DNA of 2,799 nt from a virus (lineage: Duplodnaviria > Heunggongvirae > Uroviricota > Caudoviricetes), in the IMG/VR virus record IMGVR_UViG_2778261536_000004, one strand, 5' to 3'. Below, in pieces: positions 1 through 2,799 of this stretch. The notes under the pieces were generated by a model. That model worked only from the letters and a program-made list of their open reading frames with translations. It had not been told where the DNA came from and did no database searches. Each line of letters starts with the position of its first letter. The first letter of the stretch is position 1. The translations under genes and the position numbers were made by a program.

Positions 1-126
1 TCAAAGACATGCTTTAACCAACACGGTAATTATCATCCAGTGGTCATAGCAGTCGTTGATGTTCTCCGCTTCGATAACTCTGTTGAATGGTTCTCCATTC
101 CATTCACCTGTGACTCGGAAGTGCAT
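1..126 (-). CDS. Small hypothetical protein, 41 aa (MHFRVTGEWNGEPFNRVIEAENINDCYDHWMIITVLVKACL)
   Basis: Seen in sequence: ATG at 124-126 (minus), TGA stop at 1-3, and a GGAG Shine-Dalgarno 8 nt upstream (minus-strand TATGGAGATGATAA-ATG). Not in the supplied ORF track (short); hand-translated. It lies just downstream of the terminator at 165-195, so its transcription source is unclear. Confidence 0.3.
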   Translation of the reverse strand: MHFRVTGEWNGEPFNRVIEAENINDCYDHWMIITVLVKACL

Positions 127-164
127 TTATCATCTCCATAAAACAAAACTAGCCGTAGCGAGTT

Positions 165-195
165 CAGATAAAAGAAAACCCGCACTCGGCGGGTT
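165..195 (-). terminator. Rho-independent (intrinsic) terminator for the leftward transcript
   Basis: Seen in sequence: on the minus strand, a 7-bp stem AACCCGC / GCGGGTT (plus 177-183 and 189-195) with a 5-nt loop, followed by the U-rich run TTTTCTTTTAT (plus about 165-178). It sits about 20 nt downstream of the stop codon at 216-218. On the plus strand the hairpin is not followed by a T-tract, so it is oriented for minus-strand transcripts. Confidence 0.6.
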
Positions 196-215
196 CGCAT
201 TCGTTCAAATTGCGT

Positions 216-497
216 TTACTTCTTGGCGTTCTGTTCATCCATATCGATATACCATGGGTTGCTTCCCTTGGGCATGTTTAACGACTGCTCGCGATAGTAT
301 CTGATGCGCTCCATGAAATACTCGCGTGAGTGCTCAGGTTGCTCTCATGATACCTGCTCAGTGATAACAGGTATGTTAAGGCGCTCTCTGTACTCCATGC
401 CTGATGCTGCAAGGTCAACGTTTACCTTGTTCTGTTTTTCTTTCGATTTCTCGGCGATGTTATGCCTGACATTGTCAACCCGCCTCCTTCTGAACAT
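216..497 (-). pseudogene. Reading frame of 93 codons interrupted by a single in-frame TGA (plus 345-347); possible nonsense-disrupted gene, or alternatively just a 32-aa ORF at 216..314
   Basis: Seen in sequence by hand translation of the minus strand: ATG at 495-497, 50 codons (MFRRRRVDNVRHNIAEKSKEKQNKVNVDLAASGMEYRERLNIPVITEQVS), TGA, then 42 codons in the same frame (EQPEHSREYFMERIRYYREQSLNMPKGSNPWYIDMDEQNAKK) to TAA at 216-218, followed by the terminator. There is no convincing Shine-Dalgarno at the 497 ATG, and the first codons (AGA AGG AGG CGG) are really the 3' end of the overlapping 475..717 gene in another frame. Inference only. Confidence 0.25.
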
Positions 498-717
498 AAC
501 GGTTATAAATCAGTCCCTGAGGGCCATAAGGAAGCGGGATGTGCAACTCCTCTGGTTCAGAAACTATCCATTCCCCGGCCATCTCCGCTGGAGAGGTAAT
601 GATAAGTTGTTTGCTAATAAAAGGACCACTCCTCTCAACAACAAGCTTACCATCTTCATTAATAAAAGCTTGGATGTCAGGTGTGCTTCCACACTTGGTG
701 ATGCAGCGTTTGAACAT
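475..717 (-). CDS. Hypothetical small phage protein, 80 aa (MFKRCITKCGSTPDIQAF...NRYVQKEAG)
   Basis: Seen in sequence: the ORF track gives 475..759, but the ATG at 757-759 and the one at 730-732 lack a ribosome-binding site. The ATG at 715-717 is preceded by a purine-rich G tract (GGGGGGA, 6 nt spacer), so I prefer that start. TGA stop at 475-477. The opposite-strand ORF 304..762 has junk-like, Cys/Ser/Leu/Phe-rich composition. No family recognised. Confidence 0.5.
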   Translation of the reverse strand: MFKRCITKCGSTPDIQAFINEDGKLVVERSGPFISKQLIITSPAEMAGEWIVSEPEELHIPLPYGPQGLIYNRYVQKEAG

Positions 718-747
718 TTTGTGTCCCCCCATTTTATGTACGGGGTA

Positions 748-777
748 ATTATAACACATTGAAATATAGTAATATTT
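748..777 (-). promoter_or_regulatory. Candidate extended -10 promoter (TGnTATAAT) with adjacent palindrome, directing leftward transcription of the 475..717 gene
   Basis: Seen in sequence: minus-strand TGTTATAAT (the TATAAT hexamer is plus 748-753 reverse-complemented), placing a transcription start near 741. The inverted repeat AAATAT-AGTA-ATATTT (plus 762-777) overlaps the expected -35 region. The intergenic region 760-843 is AT-rich, so chance matches are likely; there is no good -35 hexamer. Confidence 0.3.
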
Positions 778-843
778 GACGTAGATTTCTTTTGATCTAT
801 AAGCGATTTTTTAATGCTTTTAAGTTATAAATACTTGTTTTCA

Positions 844-1452
844 TCACCCATCTTGCTGCGGTGCTACTATTGAAAAGTACTCACACCCTTTAGCCCAAAT
901 AGTTTTGATAGTTGTCCAACTGACTGGAACCTTGATTTCGATTCTCCCGCTGCCGTCACAAGTTTCGCAATCATCATCACCAAAGCATTCCGGGCAGCTT
1001 ATAAACGTAGTTTCTGAAAATTCACCGGATAGCACACCCTTAGCGCCGTTCTCAGCGGTTAGTTTCTTCGGCACTATAACCCAACCATCCGGAGTTACCG
1101 GAGAGTTGCCCGATGGCTCGTTCAACTTGCAAGTTTGGCTTACAGGTTCGGCTTCCAGTTCTGCTATGCGCTTTTTTGCTGCTTCCAGCTCGCCAAGCAG
1201 CGCCAAGACGGTAGCCGGATTGGCTGCGGCGATGAATTCAGCATTGGCCTGCTGTTCCATTTGGAAATCTTCATCGAAACCGCTTTCAGGATGCGCTCCT
1301 TCAATTCTGCAAATGGGAAGATATCCAACAACTTCACGATGAATTAGCGCATCACCAGCATCAAATCTCTCCTCTCCATATTCGAGCGACCACACACCAC
1401 TCGTTGCTTTCTCTGCCTTTTCACGCAGCGCCTGATAGTTAATTTTGGTCAT
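844..1452 (-). CDS. Ead/Ea22-like prophage protein, 202 aa, with a C-terminal CxxC-x5-CxxCxGxG zinc-finger-like motif
   Basis: Seen in sequence: 202-aa ORF with ATG at 1450-1452, 1 nt after the upstream gene's stop (TGA-T-ATG). Established knowledge, from memory: the N-terminus (MTKINYQALREKAEKATSGVW) and the coiled-coil-like LLGELEAAKKRIAELEAE segment resemble Ead/Ea22-family proteins of lambdoid phages. Cys153/156/162/165 (CPECFGDDDCETCDGSGR) are encoded at 958-996. Family call not checked by search. Confidence 0.6.
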   Translation of the reverse strand: MTKINYQALREKAEKATSGVWSLEYGEERFDAGDALIHREVVGYLPICRIEGAHPESGFDEDFQMEQQANAEFIAAANPATVLALLGELEAAKKRIAELEAEPVSQTCKLNEPSGNSPVTPDGWVIVPKKLTAENGAKGVLSGEFSETTFISCPECFGDDDCETCDGSGRIEIKVPVSWTTIKTIWAKGCEYFSIVAPQQDG

Positions 1453-1453
1453 A

Positions 1454-1753
1454 TCACATCACCCTGAAGCCGTTGCATTTACGTAAGAAATCGCAGATAT
1501 AGCCCTTCATTTTTTCATGCCAATCTCGATCATTCCCATTGCACCAACCATCAGGTGGAGTCCAGTTTTCTATCAGAGCAGCCATTTTCTTTGCTTTCGC
1601 CGGAGTAGCTGTTGCGGTATCGCAGTAATGACGAGTGTCAACCAACGCATCCATACCATCGATATCAAGTACGCAAAACCATGTGTGATTCGGCATTCTA
1701 ACAGATGGTATTTGTTGCCCACGTCGACGTTTATCAATAAGACATACACTCAC
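1454..1753 (-). CDS. Hypothetical small phage protein, 99 aa, Cys/His/Trp-rich
   Basis: Seen in sequence: GTG start at 1751-1753 preceded by a strong Shine-Dalgarno AAGGAGG (plus 1759-1765 reverse-complemented, 6 nt spacer). The start overlaps the upstream gene's TGA stop (GTGA), indicating translational coupling. Stop TGA at 1454-1456. Protein-like composition; no family recognised. Confidence 0.6.
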   Translation of the reverse strand: MSVCLIDKRRRGQQIPSVRMPNHTWFCVLDIDGMDALVDTRHYCDTATATPAKAKKMAALIENWTPPDGWCNGNDRDWHEKMKGYICDFLRKCNGFRVM

Positions 1754-1917
1754 TGCTTGCCTCCTTTACGCCACATCGCATTCAGATATTTGTTGTCATT
1801 AACAGAACCGAAACTCTTCCTTTTAAGCAATTCCTCTCTCGATGGCATTGGCTTTACGCGTTGGCGAATAATCATTTCTGCCGGAAGAATGCCGGGATTG
1901 TATGCAAGTCCTCTCAT
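1750..1917 (-). CDS. Hypothetical small basic protein, 55 aa ([55 protein letters not shown])
   Basis: Seen in sequence: the ORF track extends this frame to a TTG at 2067 with no ribosome-binding site, overlapping the 1928..2221 gene. The ATG at 1915-1917 is preceded by GAGG (8 nt spacer) just after the upstream gene's stop, so I prefer this start. Stop TGA at 1750-1752 overlaps the next gene's GTG start. Confidence 0.5.
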   Translation of the reverse strand: MRGLAYNPGILPAEMIIRQRVKPMPSREELLKRKSFGSVNDNKYLNAMWRKGGKQ

Positions 1918-1927
1918 GGTAAATTCC

Positions 1928-2221
1928 TCAGTCATTACTGATAGCGCCATAGCGTGAGCGGTAATTACGCAGGCGCGGGTCAATTTCAGGGAAGTGGGTA
2001 TATGTGGCTTTGCGGAATGGTCGGATTGATGTCTGGTAAATTCGCTCTCGTTCTTCTTTCTCTGCAAGCCATATACAGTGGCGAAATTCCTTTTCCTCTT
2101 TCGTTTCCTGCGGTAGCGACATTATCCGATCGTAGTTTTTTCTGAATTTATCCAGCACCTCTGATACGGAATTGCCGGAACAGCGGCGCGCGTCGTCCGC
2201 ACCATACAGAGGCGCTGGCAT
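1928..2221 (-). CDS. Hypothetical phage protein, 97 aa, Glu/Lys/Arg-rich
   Basis: Seen in sequence: ATG at 2219-2221 preceded by AGGAG (minus CAGGAGAAAATC-ATG); TGA stop at 1928-1930. It starts 13 nt downstream of the ssb-remnant stop. No family recognised. Confidence 0.6.
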   Translation of the reverse strand: MPAPLYGADDARRCSGNSVSEVLDKFRKNYDRIMSLPQETKEEKEFRHCIWLAEKEERERIYQTSIRPFRKATYTHFPEIDPRLRNYRSRYGAISND

Positions 2222-2234
2222 GATTTTCTCCTGA

Positions 2235-2453
2235 TTAAATTGCGTGAATAGCGTGACGAGGGAAGGGGAGAGTTACTGGTGCAAAGGGTATATCGTCGTC
2301 AAAATCCATAGGTGGTTCGCTGTGATTCCCCTGCTGCTGAGATTGCTGTCTTTGTTGCTGACCGTTATTTCGCTGAGGTGAAGACTGTTCATTGCCTCCT
2401 TGCTTGCCACCAAGCATTTGCATGGTTCCACCAACGCCCACGATGACTTCGGT
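2235..2453 (-). pseudogene. ssb: ssb (single-stranded DNA-binding protein) 3' remnant: OB-fold N-terminus missing, C-terminal linker and acidic tip retained, native stop lost
   Basis: Seen in sequence: the minus-strand frame encodes [20 protein letters not shown]...[12 protein letters not shown]. Established knowledge: E. coli SSB has [20 protein letters not shown] followed by a Gly/Gln/Pro-rich linker and ends ...[11 protein letters not shown]. Upstream of about 2453 the similarity stops (frame closes at TAA 2508-2510, no OB-fold sequence in any minus frame). After DIPF the frame continues 15 codons ([15 protein letters not shown]) to TAA at 2235-2237. Confidence 0.6.
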
Positions 2454-2799
2454 AAGTGATTTTGAAATTAACTTAAAAGTCGCGCATATCGTGCTAGGAA
2501 AAAACAATTACGACTGGGATCCAGAAAAGAAAGAAGTTTACTTGGCTGGAATTGATGGTGGTGAGTTTTTGCCTTGCGGATATTTCGACCCATGTAATAT
2601 GGCCGCTGACGCATATCCGATCATCACTGAAAACAAAATTAGCACCATGTGGATGACAGCGGAAAAAGAATGGTGCGCATGGTCAGGAGGTGATTTAGAG
2701 GAAGGTTGTTGGGTTCCTGACTACTGCTTCTGCGGTGAATCGCCTCTCCGCGCAGCCATGATTGTATTTCTCATGATTCAGGACGCCAATAATGCTTAG
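2443..2799 (+). CDS. Hypothetical Trp/Cys-rich protein on the plus strand; start uncertain, possibly 5'-truncated at the ssb junction
   Basis: Seen in sequence: plus-strand frame open from 2392 to TAG at 2797-2799. From about 2460 the translation is protein-like (…[35 protein letters not shown]…[46 protein letters not shown]), while all three minus-strand frames over 2508-2799 are broken by stops or lack an ATG. Codons before about 2455 are antisense to the ssb linker. The ATGs at 2422 and 2443 have no Shine-Dalgarno. No family recognised. Confidence 0.35.
   Translation: MTSVSDFEINLKVAHIVLGKNNYDWDPEKKEVYLAGIDGGEFLPCGYFDPCNMAADAYPIITENKISTMWMTAEKEWCAWSGGDLEEGCWVPDYCFCGESPLRAAMIVFLMIQDANNA

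Noticed and set aside
56-304. Plus-strand ORF of 82 aa from the track
   Set aside because: No ribosome-binding site, junk-like sequence, and it runs antisense across the minus-strand terminator and small ORFs; most likely a chance open frame.
539-748. Plus-strand ORF of 69 aa from the track
   Set aside because: Lies entirely inside, and antisense to, the better-supported 475..717 minus-strand gene; no independent support.
718-759. Longer N-terminus (ATG at 757-759 or 730-732) for the 475.. gene
   Set aside because: Neither ATG has a Shine-Dalgarno, and the candidate -10 element at 748-753 would lie inside that coding extension. The ATG at 715-717 with an upstream G-rich tract is more consistent.
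304-762. Plus-strand ORF of 152 aa from the track
   Set aside because: Composition is junk-like (Cys/Ser/Leu/Phe-rich, low complexity), typical of the antisense frame of a real gene. It overlaps minus-strand ORFs that have ribosome-binding sites and fit the operon orientation.
905-1347. Two plus-strand ORFs (905..1342 and 1135..1347) antisense to the Ead/Ea22-like gene
   Set aside because: Ser/Leu/Ala-rich antisense-type translations inside a minus-strand gene with a recognisable family signature; no start signals.
1918-2067. N-terminal extension of the 1750.. ORF to a TTG at 2065-2067, overlapping the 1928..2221 gene in another frame (a possible frameshift site)
   Set aside because: The TTG has no ribosome-binding site, whereas the internal ATG at 1915-1917 has GAGG at the right spacing immediately after the upstream stop. 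The dual-frame openness over 1928-2067 is most simply chance, though an ancestral frameshift cannot be excluded without comparison.
1517-2145. Plus-strand ORFs 1517..1957 and 1954..2145
   Set aside because: Antisense to the tightly coupled minus-strand small-gene cassette; low-complexity translations and no ribosome-binding sites.
2392-2442. TTG start at 2392 (or ATG at 2422) for the plus-strand gene
   Set aside because: These codons are antisense to the ssb Gly/Gln-rich linker, translate to Pro/Cys/Leu-rich sequence, and lack a ribosome-binding site; the open frame here is probably incidental.
2235-2799. An intact ssb gene
   Set aside because: The minus frame closes at TAA 2508-2510 and no minus frame over 2453-2799 encodes OB-fold-like sequence (all contain stops or lack an ATG), so only the 3' part of ssb is present.
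1-2799. CRISPR arrays, tRNA/rRNA genes, IS-element terminal inverted repeats, attachment-site direct repeats
   Set aside because: No regularly spaced direct repeats, no tRNA-like cloverleaf candidates and no obvious long terminal inverted repeats were seen by eye. A repeat-finder over a larger window would be needed to exclude att sites or IS ends near the 2420-2520 junction.

Overview
This window reads like the early-left (accessory) region of an enterobacterial lambdoid prophage, with almost all coding on the minus strand in a tightly packed, partly translationally coupled array of small genes. The anchors are a 202-aa Ead/Ea22-like protein (844..1452, -) and a 5'-truncated, stop-lost remnant of an ssb gene (about 2283..2453, -). 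Between them lie three small ORFs of unknown function. Downstream of the Ead-like gene are an AT-rich intergenic region with a candidate extended -10 promoter, an 80-aa ORF, a reading frame interrupted by one in-frame TGA, an intrinsic terminator and a 41-aa ORF. The only plausible plus-strand gene (about 2443..2799) begins at the ssb truncation point, so that position looks like a rearrangement junction. All family assignments are from recalled sequence features, not from any search, and no function is established for the small ORFs. The ORF track also accepts GTG/TTG starts, so several tracked N-termini are probably over-extended; I re-derived starts from ribosome-binding sites.
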